Positions 25,140 through 35,525 of a stretch of DNA of 64,000 nt are shown piece after piece. The DNA comes from Diplonema japonicum. Taxonomy: Eukaryota; Protista; Euglenozoa: Diplonemea. The DNA is taken from the NCBI GenBank assembly GCA_964019335.1, contig OZ025721.1, positions 372,001 through 436,000 of the forward strand. Reading direction: 5' to 3'. The position numbers and the translations under genes were made by a program. Position 1 is the first letter of the stretch. The number at the start of each line of letters is the position of its first letter. The notes under the pieces were generated by a model, which saw only the letters and a list, made by a program, of their open reading frames with translations, ran no database searches and was not told where the DNA came from.

Positions 25140-25437
25140 AAAAAAAGTTTTTTTTTTTAATCTTAACACAGGGGTTGGGGGCTTTTTTTTTTTTTATTTC
25201 TTATTTGCGAGAAAAAAAAGCGGGGAAAAAAAAAAAGAAAAATACAATGTGCGGTCAAAGTTCTTTCCCCCCACCCCCCCCCGCTATTTTGTCAAAATAG
25301 CTAGGAGAAAGTTGAACCACCATTTTAAAAAGAAAAAAAGAAAAATATATTGCCGTTTTTTTTCTTTCTTTTTTTTTTCCCCCCCTCTGTCACCGGGTAC
25401 AAAAAAAAGGGGGGAAATCCTCCCCCATAAAAAAAAA

Positions 25438-26361
25438 ATGGAAAGCTTAACATATGAAACAGAGCTCACCCCCGAAGAGACGATCGAACTGTTGTACAAG
25501 GGTTCAGGAAGATGGGGCAGAAGCTACTGCGAGAGCAGCAAGAAATACCTGGCGGGCTGCGAGGGGAAGGGGGAGGCGAACGAGGGCGGCTCGCCTTACT
25601 ACAAAAGGGTGTGGTACCCTGCAGAAACTAAGGACGCAAACGTGATCCCCCGCACTAGGAAAAAACCCGGTGAAGTTACTGCTGGGAGCAACCTAACCAT
25701 GATTCTGGCTGCCTTTGGGAACGAGGCCTCTGGCCACGATAAAGGCATCAGCGCAAAACAATTCAACAGAGCACTCTCCAGCCTCGCGTGCGATAGCGAC
25801 AAGGACTTAGTCAAAACATATTACATATTCCACCCTAGCGACTCAACAGGTAACCTGCCTTACTCAAAATTAGCAGAAGGTCTTGACACCCTCATCAACA
25901 AGGCAGGGAAGAGCACCGTCAGCAACGCTGCGTTTTCTTTGTTCGCAAACCTTGGTGGGAGGTTCCACTTTTCAGGAACAACACCTGCAACTGGTTTTGA
26001 TTCGAATTCATATATTCATCTCCACAAACTTCTTGATCTCAGGAAGAGTCGATCGTTGGATGGATTGGCACCTCGGACCTGCCACATGTTAAAGGTCCTC
26101 ATCCATCTTTTTGATGAAGGCAGGAAGCTTGAGGAGGAGCGGTTTCTCGCCTCGATGGGAAAATCCAAAAAGGGGAAGAGCAAGAAGCCCCCCGCCATGT
26201 CTCCGCTCCGCCTCATGGACGAAATGCGGGATTTCCACAGAACAAGACACATGGACATAGGCGAGTTCCTCGGGCACCTAGAGACGAACCCCGACATGGT
26301 CAGAGCGTTCCTACCCGTCGCGCTGAAGTGCTTGTTGGACGATCCAAGCTTGATCGAGTAA
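25438..26361 (+). CDS. Degenerate EF-hand protein (NCS/calaxin-like)
   Basis: FHPSDSTGNLPYSKLAEGLDTL, AFSLF and MDIGEFLGHLETNPDMVRAF echo NCS/calaxin EF-hand spacing, but Ca-binding residues are eroded. ORF secure, family tentative. Confidence 0.55.
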   Translation: MESLTYETELTPEETIELLYKGSGRWGRSYCESSKKYLAGCEGKGEANEGGSPYYKRVWYPAETKDANVIPRTRKKPGEVTAGSNLTMILAAFGNEASGHDKGISAKQFNRALSSLACDSDKDLVKTYYIFHPSDSTGNLPYSKLAEGLDTLINKAGKSTVSNAAFSLFANLGGRFHFSGTTPATGFDSNSYIHLHKLLDLRKSRSLDGLAPRTCHMLKVLIHLFDEGRKLEEERFLASMGKSKKGKSKKPPAMSPLRLMDEMRDFHRTRHMDIGEFLGHLETNPDMVRAFLPVALKCLLDDPSLIE

Positions 26362-26396
26362 GAATCCTTCATTTCCATGCGGGGTACTAAAAAAAG

Positions 26397-26400
<4 letters not shown>

Positions 26401-26459
<59 letters not shown>
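26401..26459. repeat. (TA)n microsatellite
   Basis: Seen directly. Confidence 0.95.
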
Positions 26460-26464
<5 letters not shown>

Positions 26465-26761
26465 ACCTGATGCACACCAACGGCGCAAAAAAGTACTTTT
26501 AAACCGTTTAGATTAGTCATAGCCATGGTGGCAAAGTCTAAAAGCTCAATATCTCGTCATACTGGACTGCTGGAATCTTTAAAATGTTGATATTCATAAA
26601 TACGATGTCCAGGGAAAGGTTCGAAAAAGTCTTAAACCGAGCAAGCCTTGACTGGGAAAGACCCGAAAGATAATTTGACATAGATTTCCTGTTGCCATGT
26701 ACATATTGCCCACACTTGCAAACACGGTATTGTGAGCCAGAAATTTATTGAATTTATTCAG

Positions 26762-26803
<42 letters not shown>

Positions 26804-26806
<3 letters not shown>

Positions 26807-27721
26807 TCATCCCGGCCTGTGTCGAGCCATGGCCGTATTGACCCCACGACGTTGAACCCGGAGACGAATCTACCAAAGCCGCCGGAGCCGTCGGAGGTCA
26901 ACGGTGAGCTGACTGCTTTGTTCAACCGGTTGTTGATCTTCGACGACAGGGACCTTGTCTTGGAAGCACGGGCACACGTGGAGGCCTGCACGGAACCGGG
27001 GCTGCTCGACCACATCGAGGCGGGAACCGTAGCACACGTGGTGGAGTGCATGGAACAGTGCACGGGCAGGGCGACACTACAAGCAACATGTTGTTCGGCG
27101 ATTGCGAACTTCTGCACAAGCGGAGACAGGCTTCAGGCGCTTTGCGTTGAAGCCGGCTGCGTCCAGCTTGTCCTCACCGCAATGAAGGAACACCTGGCAA
27201 ACAGTGAACTTCAGTACCATGCTTTCGACGTCCTCGCTACCTTAGTTGCAGCAAACTCAAAAGCAAGGCACGCCCTGTGCGACCACGAGGGTATCATCAC
27301 CATTCTGAACACCATGAAGGCGCATGCTTCTCACGTGGAAATCCAATTTGGTGCAGCGTGTACCTTAGCAGGCTGCAGCATGAACTCGCCTGCGAATGTC
27401 TCGGCCCTGCTGCGCACTGGTGGGGTTTCCGTCTTGGTGCGGTGTTTCCGGAACGCGACGCTCCACCAACGGAAGTCCCCCGAGCTAGACACCGCATGGA
27501 CCCCTGTTGCACAGTGGTCCTCGTTGGCGCTGAAAAACATTGCCCGTTGCAAGCAGGTCATCACACCTGAGATTTTGGACAAGATCGACTTTGGGCGTTA
27601 TGGAGAGAACGTGAAGGTGGACGAGTTGAAGTATGGATCCCTCCCCTCCTCCCCTTCCCGTAATTATCACAGATGGCAGCTTAAGTTAGACTGTAAAAGA
27701 ATACACGATGGGTTAGAGTAG
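26804..27721 (+). CDS. Armadillo-repeat protein (probable in-frame intron 27631-27672)
   Basis: Repeated AGCVQLVLTAMKEH / EGIITILNTMKAH ARM helices. GTATGG..CAG 42-nt intron. Confidence 0.85.
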
Positions 27722-27822
27722 TAATGATAATAGTTTTTTTTTTTTTTTTTTTTTTTTTTAACTTTTCGCGGGAGAGGGAAAAAAAGAAAAAAAAAAAAAA
27801 ACAGAGGGGAGAACACGTCCCC

Positions 27823-28866
27823 ATGTACGGAAGCAGTGGACCCGACTCGAATGCGTTCTCGCTGTACGCGACGTCGAACTCGGTAGCGCACGACAGCAAA
27901 GGTGTGATGGGGAAGTACGCGCCCAGCTTGAAGAGCGGAGGCGGCACTGCATACACCGCGAACAATCAAAGGTTTCCAATACAGACAAGCGACCCGAAGA
28001 GCCATCTTAGGCTGATTCAAAAGGCGCCCGGAGAAGGCCTCGCTTCGATACCCAGCGAAGATTTGCTCGCGAGGAAGAAAAAGAAGGAGATCACGGGTTT
28101 TAATTGCAACTCGCAGCCTACAGTTTTGGTCCCGAGCCAGAAACAGCTCCTCGACCTCATGAAGGAAGGGAAAAGCCCTCCAGGGCCTCTACCTGTATTC
28201 TCCGCACCAAGGAGAAAATTCGTCGGTGGATCGGCTTTAAACCAGTCGTCCTCTAAGCTGTTCAGCACAGAGTACCATGAGTCCCCGTTGTCCGAAACAA
28301 CTGCAGCATCAGCATTCTTGGGAGAAAGCCCAGTCCGTGCGTACCGTGCGAATCCTTCAGAACAAGGTACCCAGAGGATCGAGGGTGGGGTCTTCCACAA
28401 ACAAGAACTCACAGCGAAGGACTTGACAAAAACGCAGCTTCAAAAACTGAAGAAGGGAAATCCTGTCGAATATGAGCTTTACATCTCCAAAGGAAGGTTA
28501 GGAGGCACGTCTTCTGCAATACACTCTTACATGCAACGAGACAGAGGTATCCCAAATGTGTCTGGTGTTCATTTAGGTGATGAATCTTGGAAGGCCATGA
28601 AGGGGCGTACCGCCACTGGGTGGAGCGATAACTGTGGTGGGGCGGTGGAGCCACCAGCAACGGCGCCGACGCACTCCTCGTATCAAGGATCTTTCACGAA
28701 CCAGCGGCTGCTTCCCTTCAGCAAAAAGCTTCCCCGTTTCCCCACAAACTACTCCAAGGCGAAGACCGACAACCCTGTCAGTTGCGTGAAGCAACACAGG
28801 TTCTTCTCTGCCCTGGGCAAGAAAGACCCCAGCGAGGTAATCACAAGCCTGAACCACAGATCTTGA
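27823..28866 (+). CDS. Hypothetical low-complexity protein
   Basis: Long homopolymer-free ORF; no domain recognised. Confidence 0.65.
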   Translation: MYGSSGPDSNAFSLYATSNSVAHDSKGVMGKYAPSLKSGGGTAYTANNQRFPIQTSDPKSHLRLIQKAPGEGLASIPSEDLLARKKKKEITGFNCNSQPTVLVPSQKQLLDLMKEGKSPPGPLPVFSAPRRKFVGGSALNQSSSKLFSTEYHESPLSETTAASAFLGESPVRAYRANPSEQGTQRIEGGVFHKQELTAKDLTKTQLQKLKKGNPVEYELYISKGRLGGTSSAIHSYMQRDRGIPNVSGVHLGDESWKAMKGRTATGWSDNCGGAVEPPATAPTHSSYQGSFTNQRLLPFSKKLPRFPTNYSKAKTDNPVSCVKQHRFFSALGKKDPSEVITSLNHRS

Positions 28867-29081
28867 TAAACCTGTTCTCTCTCTCTCTCTTTTTTATTCA
28901 TATTTTTTTTTTTTTTTTTTTTCCCCCCGTTTTCACAAAAAAAGAAAAAAAAGCCCTTTCTAGGGTTTTTTCTCCCCCCCCTTTTTTTTTTACACTTTCC
29001 CTTTTTTTTATTCCCCAGTCCGAATTTATATCAGAAGAAAAAAAAAGGGGGGGGAGGGGGAGAGAGAAAAAAAAAAATAAA

Positions 29082-31126
29082 ATGCAACAGATACTGACGG
29101 GCAGCGGGCGCACGCCCATGGCGGCAACGCCTCAAAGCGGAAGCGAGATTGAGAATTCCCCGTTGGAGCTGGAGCACGTTATCGGGTTCAGCGGTGAAAG
29201 TCCCAACACGGCGGTACTGCATCCGACCTCCATCCCACTTGTTGCCATCTTCTCTGTCGGGAAGCTCCTGGTAACATCTAACTGCGAGGACCCGCACGAC
29301 CAGCACATCCTACGAGGCCACGACGCCTCCATCTCAGCAGTTGACGTCTCCCCTACAGGATCCATGGTTGCCTCCGGCCAGACAGCATCATCAAGATCAA
29401 AGGAGGGCAACGGCTTTATAATCATATGGGACTACCACACAAGAGTCGCACGGCACAGGTTAGAAGGCCATTTAAAAGGCGTGTATTCCTTAAAATTCTC
29501 CCCTGACGAAAGATGGCTGGCAAGTGTAGGCGTGGACGGCCGCACATACATATGGGACATGCAGTCGGGCGAACGAAGCGGGAGTATTAAAGATGTCATA
29601 GATAACGAGAAGGCACTGGGCTTACAATGGGGAGCGATACACGAAGCAGGTACCAGACGGCAAGCATACGACTTCTATGTAACATACAACACCGGTGTGA
29701 GAGCGTGCAAGTGGGGCTTCGAGATCAAATCCATGCAGTACCAGCTGTCATCGGCACTGTTTCAAGTTCCGGGCAGCGGGGGTAAGCTCGGCGGGTTTGT
29801 TCGAACCTACGCATCAGCAGCTTTGCTCGGCGAGAATTTACTGTGCGGCACAATGAGCAATGATGTTGTGGTGTTCAACACGGCATCAATGCTGTACAAG
29901 ACAAACTTCACCATCGGAGGTGCCGGTATTCTCTCTTTAACATACGTGGCGAACGACGGTACAGTCGTCGTGGGCTGCGGGGATGGAACGGTTGCGAAGA
30001 TAACCGGATCTGAACGAGACTGGCGGACGCTTAACGTAGTACAGCTTTCAGGCGGTGTCACATCGCTCAGTACATCCGGTGACGGCTGCGAAATCTTAGC
30101 CGCGACAAACGCAGGGTGTCTTTACCGCTTAGTATCCAGCGATTTAACAACCACATTATACATGGCATCTCACACTGAAGGTGTCACCGATGTCGCGGTT
30201 CCACCCGATCGTTCCGACCAGTTCGCGACTGCGAGCAAAGACGGATCCGTTCGTGTGTGGAACCTCAGCGAGTACACAATTGTGTTCAAAACAACCGTTA
30301 ACAGAGTATGTCCGACTGCGTTGACATACGCTGTTGTTCCAAACCAGTTGGTGGTGGGCTGGAACGACGGATCTATGAGATGTTTTGATGTTGAAAGGAA
30401 GACGGAGTTGTGGGTAGTACCAACAGCGCATCGTGGTGCTGTTACGTCGTTGTACTCATCAAGGATGTTCCATCTCTCCTCCGGCGAAGACGGTGTTGCA
30501 CGAGTATGGTCGACCGCTCAGAGAGAGTGCATTGCAATGCTTCAGAATCACAACAAACCTGTTACATGTGTGTTAGGCGACAATACCTGCGAAACTATCA
30601 TCCACACCTGTTCACTTGACAAGACTGCAATGGCGTTCGATCTCGCGCAGAACGCGAGGCAAGACGGGAATATGAAAACCCCGAAAAGATTGACTTACAA
30701 AACCGATCCGGAGTGCTCCGGGTTCGCCTCGATGGGGCAGCGAACTACCGGTGAGCATGAGTTGATCATCGCTACCGTTGATGGATCGATACAGTATGGG
30801 GAAAAAGAAAAAAAAAAAAAGAAGAAAAAAAAATAAGATTTTACGACATCGATTACCAGCAGCCTGTCTTCCGTATCAACGACACAACTAGGGTGCAAAG
30901 CAACTCTATTTCTGTCAGCACCGCGGCGTCCGCCTTCGTCACCGCCCAGCAAGACGGGACAATTGTCGTGTACACGATGCATCCGACGAAGCCCGAAGCC
31001 GCCCCCCTCACGCAAGCCTCGTGTCACTCCAACTCCTGTGTAAAAGCAGTGTGGACCACCGACGGTAAGCAGGTCGTGTCGGTCGGATCGGACGGGGATG
31101 TCTGTGTGTGGAATTATTTCATGTGA
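29082..31126 (+). CDS. CFAP52: CFAP52/WDR16-like WD40 flagellar protein (intron 30794-30837)
   Basis: LELEHVIGFSG N-terminal signature, multiple WD repeats, ends VVSVGSDGDVCVW. May be a paralogue rather than the orthologue. Confidence 0.75.
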
Positions 31127-31319
31127 ATATAATTAATTTTTAGTCCCCCCCCCTTTTTTTTTCTCGTTAAAAAAAAGAAAACGCAAATAAGCTAATTGGG
31201 CAGTTTGCTTGTATCCGTGTCTCCGTCCTCTTTTCAGCCATTTCCGCTGTGAATCCCAGCATCCTGCAATTCTTGTTTCGTCAAAGTAGAAAAGAAAAAA
31301 CTTCGTTTTCCAGGTCGGC

Positions 31320-32703
31320 ATGGGTGAGAGTGATGAAGAAAGCGACGAGGGTCTGGAGCTGACCAGCTACAGCATGAAGCAAGACATAGATGTCGTAGCG
31401 GGCCTCGTCGAGGAGGTGGGCGAGAGGGCGAACACCATAAGGGACGATCTCAATCCGCAGCACAACGAGGGAACCGAAGGGGTTGCCGCTGCCGACACGC
31501 TGCTGGAAAAAATCCAAGAGGTCAGGGAACGGCTAACAGAGAAGCGCCCGGGGTCTTGGAGGGAAGACCGGTGCAGCCCAACCGCTGGACTACTCACCGA
31601 TGAAGACGGGTCAGGAAGGCAAACCCCACCTGTTGTGTCATCAGGACCAACCACAGCAGAGCTTGAGGCCGCCTTGCAAGCCATGAAGGTCAGAAAAGCT
31701 GACGGAACAACCCCTTTGGGAAGCCCCAGGAATTCAAGTTCCCTTCAGGAAATAGCTGTTTTGAACGCAAAGGTTGAGGAGCTTACCGCAAAGCTCGCGG
31801 AGTCCGTGAAACCCCCCCGTGAGAACCCCGCCACCGCAGAGCTGAAACAGAAGCTTCTCGAGCGTGATAACGAAATCAACGATCTCAGCGTGCAGATCAC
31901 CGAGGTGCAGGAGATCATTCGTGCAGAGTTCAAGACAGACCTGAAGGCGCTTCGAATGGAAAACGAGGATCTTCGCGCGGAACGTGAGGACCTCGACAGA
32001 CAGATCATATCATTGAAGCTCGATAAAGAGGAGGCAGAGGTTTGCACAATAAGAACAAAAAATAAAAAATAAACAGCATCGAATAGAGGCGTTGCAAAAA
32101 GAAGGCTGCAACCAGCAAACCGCCGACGAGATACGAGCAGAAGTTAAGAAGGCTGAGAGAGCGAGAATTGGAACAGCAGCGGCCCAGGTATTTTTTTTTT
32201 TTTTTCTTTTTGAAAAAAATTCCCCAAACCCAGCTTAAAAAAGAACTGGAGCAAAGGAATCAACAAAAGATCGCGGAGGTGGAAAAACAGCTTCTTGCGG
32301 AGGCGGAGGCACAGAGGACTGTGCTTGAGAACAAAATAGTGCAACTGGAAGGACAGTTGGGTGGGCAGCTCGCAGCACCCCAAGGGAACGCTTCGGAGTC
32401 AAAGCTCCACGCGCTGCAAGCCACCAACATGCGCGAACGAAGGGAGAGAAGACGGTTGCAGAACAAACTGGCGGAGCTGCTCGGGGCAGTCAAGGTTCTG
32501 TGCCGGGTGCGCCCCTCTTTGGCGGAGGGGAACGGCGACGATTCCCGATGCATTATATGTATGAAAGTCTTAATTTTTAAAAAAAAAAAAAAAAATTACC
32601 ACAGCATTCCCTGAACCGAACACGATGACCATCTCCGACTCCGGAGAGACCTACCACTCATTCGAATTCGCACACGTGTTTGGCCCCGAATCCACTCAGG
32701 TAC

Positions 32704-32734
<31 letters not shown>

Positions 32735-33473
32735 AGTTTTTTTTTTAGCTCGATATTTTCAATGAACTCGCACCCTCCGTCACCGTAGCACTAGACGGTT
32801 TTCACCTGTGTGTCTTCACACATGGACAACAGGGCAGCGGTAAGACCTACAGCATGGTTGGCGACAATGAAAACCAGGGCATGGTCGGGGTATGCATCTC
32901 CCCCCTTCTTTCTCAAACCTATCACAGCGTACCATACAAAGGCTGTTCGACGATGCAGGCGAGAGGGAGAAGAAGAATTGGAGGTACAGCTACGGGGTGT
33001 CGATGGTGGAGGTGAGCGAGGGAGGGGTGAAGGATGTGTTGAACAACAGGGAACTCGTGGAGAATTACGGGGAAGGAAGCAAGCGGGAGGGGAGCGAACA
33101 AGAGGTACTGAGCGCCATCCACGAAGGCTACAGCAAGGTAGCTGGTGGCCACACTATCTTAACGATTTTTGTAGACGGCCACAACAACCAGCTCTGTTTC
33201 AGTTCTGCTGCGAAGGTGCACCTCGTGGATCTTGCTGACACCCCGCCTGTCGAACCTTCTTTCCTCACTCAACAGTCTCACTGCTACTTGTCCAACGTAG
33301 TCGCCGATATCCGGACGTCAGGGGGCTCAGTTGTCTTGCTTTCCTGTGTGTCACCGTGCATGAAGGACGTGTCCGCCACCCTCTCAGCTTTGTCCTTTGC
33401 GGCAAAGTCTTCCGAAGTCGAATTCGGAAAACCGAAGAAAAATGTGTCGCGGTACCGTAGTGAAACACATTGA
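31320..33473 (+). CDS. Kinesin-14-like protein with degenerate C-terminal motor (introns 32040-32076, 32188-32233, 32559-32604, 32700-32748, 32890-32927)
   Basis: Coiled coil, neck RRRLQNKLAELLGAVKVLCRVRP, FEFAHVFGPESTQ, P-loop HGQQGSGKTYSM, C-terminal TLSALSFA. Five GT-AG introns restore the frame. Confidence 0.85.
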
Positions 33474-33746
33474 AAGGAGAGGAGGGGGGGGGAAGGGGGG
33501 GGAGAGACAGAAAAAAAAAAAGATACATTTAAAAAAAAAAAGAAATCTTAAGAAACCTCTGAGACGACGATGAGTCCCCAAAGAGAAGGAGAAAAAACTT
33601 TTTTTTAGTGGGGGGTGTGATTTGGTTGTTTTTCTTAAGGTTTTGACAAAAAGAAATTGACGAGGGAAAAAAAAAAAAAAAAAAGTGTGTCTTGAGGGGT
33701 CAAGGGGCTGGATATTGGGTTGGAATTAACAAAATCTCTATCAATC

Positions 33747-35525
33747 ATGGCTGGGGAACCTCCAAGTGGTGGCCCTGGGTCTTCTCCCTCAGGAGGAGAG
33801 CAAAAACCCCAGCAGGGGGCAGCACCTTCGTGGGTGCAGGTAGCGCGGGCGAGACCAGGGAAGGGGAAGGTGGTACGCGCGGTGAGGGTAACGGCAGAGG
33901 CGGGATGGCCGAAGACACATGGCAAGCAGCAGCAGGAACGCTGGATGGACGAGGACGAGGACGAGGACGAAGACGAGAACGCCACCGAGGTGCTGAGAGT
34001 GGTATGGAGGCGACCGGCGGCGGGGGAAGGCTGGGAGCAGGTCGAGGCCGACGCGAGAGAGCACACGAAGAAGGTGCTCGGATCCATGGGGATCGGGACC
34101 CGAGGGCTGTCAGACCCGAGGGGCGAGGGGTGGGACGGCAAGCTCACCAAGATGGACCTCCTGGTCTATCTGTCGGCGAGCGACGCGAAGAAAGCGAAAC
34201 AGGCCGGGGGTGCAGAAGGTACCGGTATGTACATCGAAGAACGAAGGAGGAGGAAGGAGGACGCGCCACCGTTGTGGCTAAAGACGTGGAGCGTGTCGGA
34301 GGCACGGAAGGCGGCGGGGCCCGAGGCAGCCATCATCAGCAACGGGAGGGGGGTCGGGCTGGTGATGGAGGAAGGGGAAGCAAGGACGCACGCGGCAGAC
34401 AGGGCACGGGAGGCAGGGCTACTGGTGGAAGCAGGGGGAGCAAAGAAGACGAAGTACGACCTCCACTGCGTACCGCGCGGAGTAACAGCAGGGCAGGTGC
34501 AGGAGGTGATCCGCACGAAGGGGTGGGAAGGTGCGGAGGTGCTCCGGATGATCCCCAAGAAAGGGAAACAGCTCGCCATTATCCAGGCGGTTGTCCGACC
34601 CCCGTTCGGGGAAGTCCAAGTAGGAGAGAACCAAATGCCCTTGACAGAGGCATGGAAACTCCAACCGCTGCGGATGGTGGTGGCAAAAGGGGAGACGCGG
34701 AAGGACCCAAACGAGAACAACGACACCAAGTACTCCAAGCCGGAGTTCCTCTGCTTCTATGGCAAGGACAAAGGCGAGGAGTACTGGGCAGCGGCGGACC
34801 CGAAGGCACAGCAGAAGCAGGACCCGAAGGCACAACAAAAGCAGGACCCAAAGGCACAACAGAAGAAGGACCCGAAGGCACAGCAGAAGGGGCAGAAGGA
34901 ACAGAAGCACAAACCGCAGAAGGAGAAGGGAAAGGAAGAGCAAAAGGAAGAGCAGATGCCGACAGGAATACAACAACAGATGCAGAAGCTGGAGCAGATC
35001 ATCAAAGGGCTGCAAGAGGACAACAAGAAGCTGAGGGAGACACTGAAGAAGCAAGCGCTGAGGCACAGGGAGCTGAGGGAGAAGGTAATCGCAACGAACC
35101 CAGCATCTCCAGCATCCCCGACGAAGAGGCAGAGAAGCGGGACACCTCCGGAGGCTTCACCATCACCGAGGAGGAGGAAGGCACAGGGATCGCCGAAGAA
35201 GAACACAGCCGCGTCCCCCACGAAACGGCCAAGGAGCGTGACACCTCCAGAATCCCGGTCCCCGACACCGATGGAGACGGACGGCACGCCATCCTACAGG
35301 CAGCCGACGAAGTCCTCGGAAGGGAAGGGCATGGATTCCCCCCAATCGCAGGCACAGAAGAAGCAAAAGATGCACACCCATGCGTGGTCGAAGGCGTACA
35401 AGGCCACCCAGGGGCAGTGCGCCTCATGCAAGACGCTGCTGAAGGGAGGGAAGGCAGCGGTGTGCACCCTGGAAACATGCAGGAGGGAACAGTGCTGCGC
35501 ATGCATCGGAAAGGTGCTGAACTGA
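33747..35525 (+). CDS. LINE ORF1 (gag-like; coiled coil, SP-rich region, C-terminal DC1/C1-like Cys/His finger)
   Basis: 592-aa ORF ending HTHAW..CASC..C...C...CCAC. Confidence 0.75.
   Translation: MAGEPPSGGPGSSPSGGEQKPQQGAAPSWVQVARARPGKGKVVRAVRVTAEAGWPKTHGKQQQERWMDEDEDEDEDENATEVLRVVWRRPAAGEGWEQVEADAREHTKKVLGSMGIGTRGLSDPRGEGWDGKLTKMDLLVYLSASDAKKAKQAGGAEGTGMYIEERRRRKEDAPPLWLKTWSVSEARKAAGPEAAIISNGRGVGLVMEEGEARTHAADRAREAGLLVEAGGAKKTKYDLHCVPRGVTAGQVQEVIRTKGWEGAEVLRMIPKKGKQLAIIQAVVRPPFGEVQVGENQMPLTEAWKLQPLRMVVAKGETRKDPNENNDTKYSKPEFLCFYGKDKGEEYWAAADPKAQQKQDPKAQQKQDPKAQQKKDPKAQQKGQKEQKHKPQKEKGKEEQKEEQMPTGIQQQMQKLEQIIKGLQEDNKKLRETLKKQALRHRELREKVIATNPASPASPTKRQRSGTPPEASPSPRRRKAQGSPKKNTAASPTKRPRSVTPPESRSPTPMETDGTPSYRQPTKSSEGKGMDSPQSQAQKKQKMHTHAWSKAYKATQGQCASCKTLLKGGKAAVCTLETCRREQCCACIGKVLN
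34797..34889 (+). repeat. 24-bp coding tandem repeat (DPKAQQKQ, about x4) in LINE ORF1
   Basis: gacccgaaggcacagcagaagcag units seen directly. Confidence 0.9.

Noticed and set aside
33685-33746. HDV-like ribozyme or spliced-leader sequence at the LINE 5' end
   Set aside because: No nested pseudoknot or leader-like 39-mer recognisable. The true 5' end is undefined.
33692-35500. N-terminal ~600 aa of the 2054-aa ORF as a real overlapping protein
   Set aside because: It overlaps ORF1 in the -1 frame. ORF1 rarely has T at third codon positions, so stops are scarce in that frame. The translation is G/R/A-rich with no motifs and starts at a non-ATG codon.
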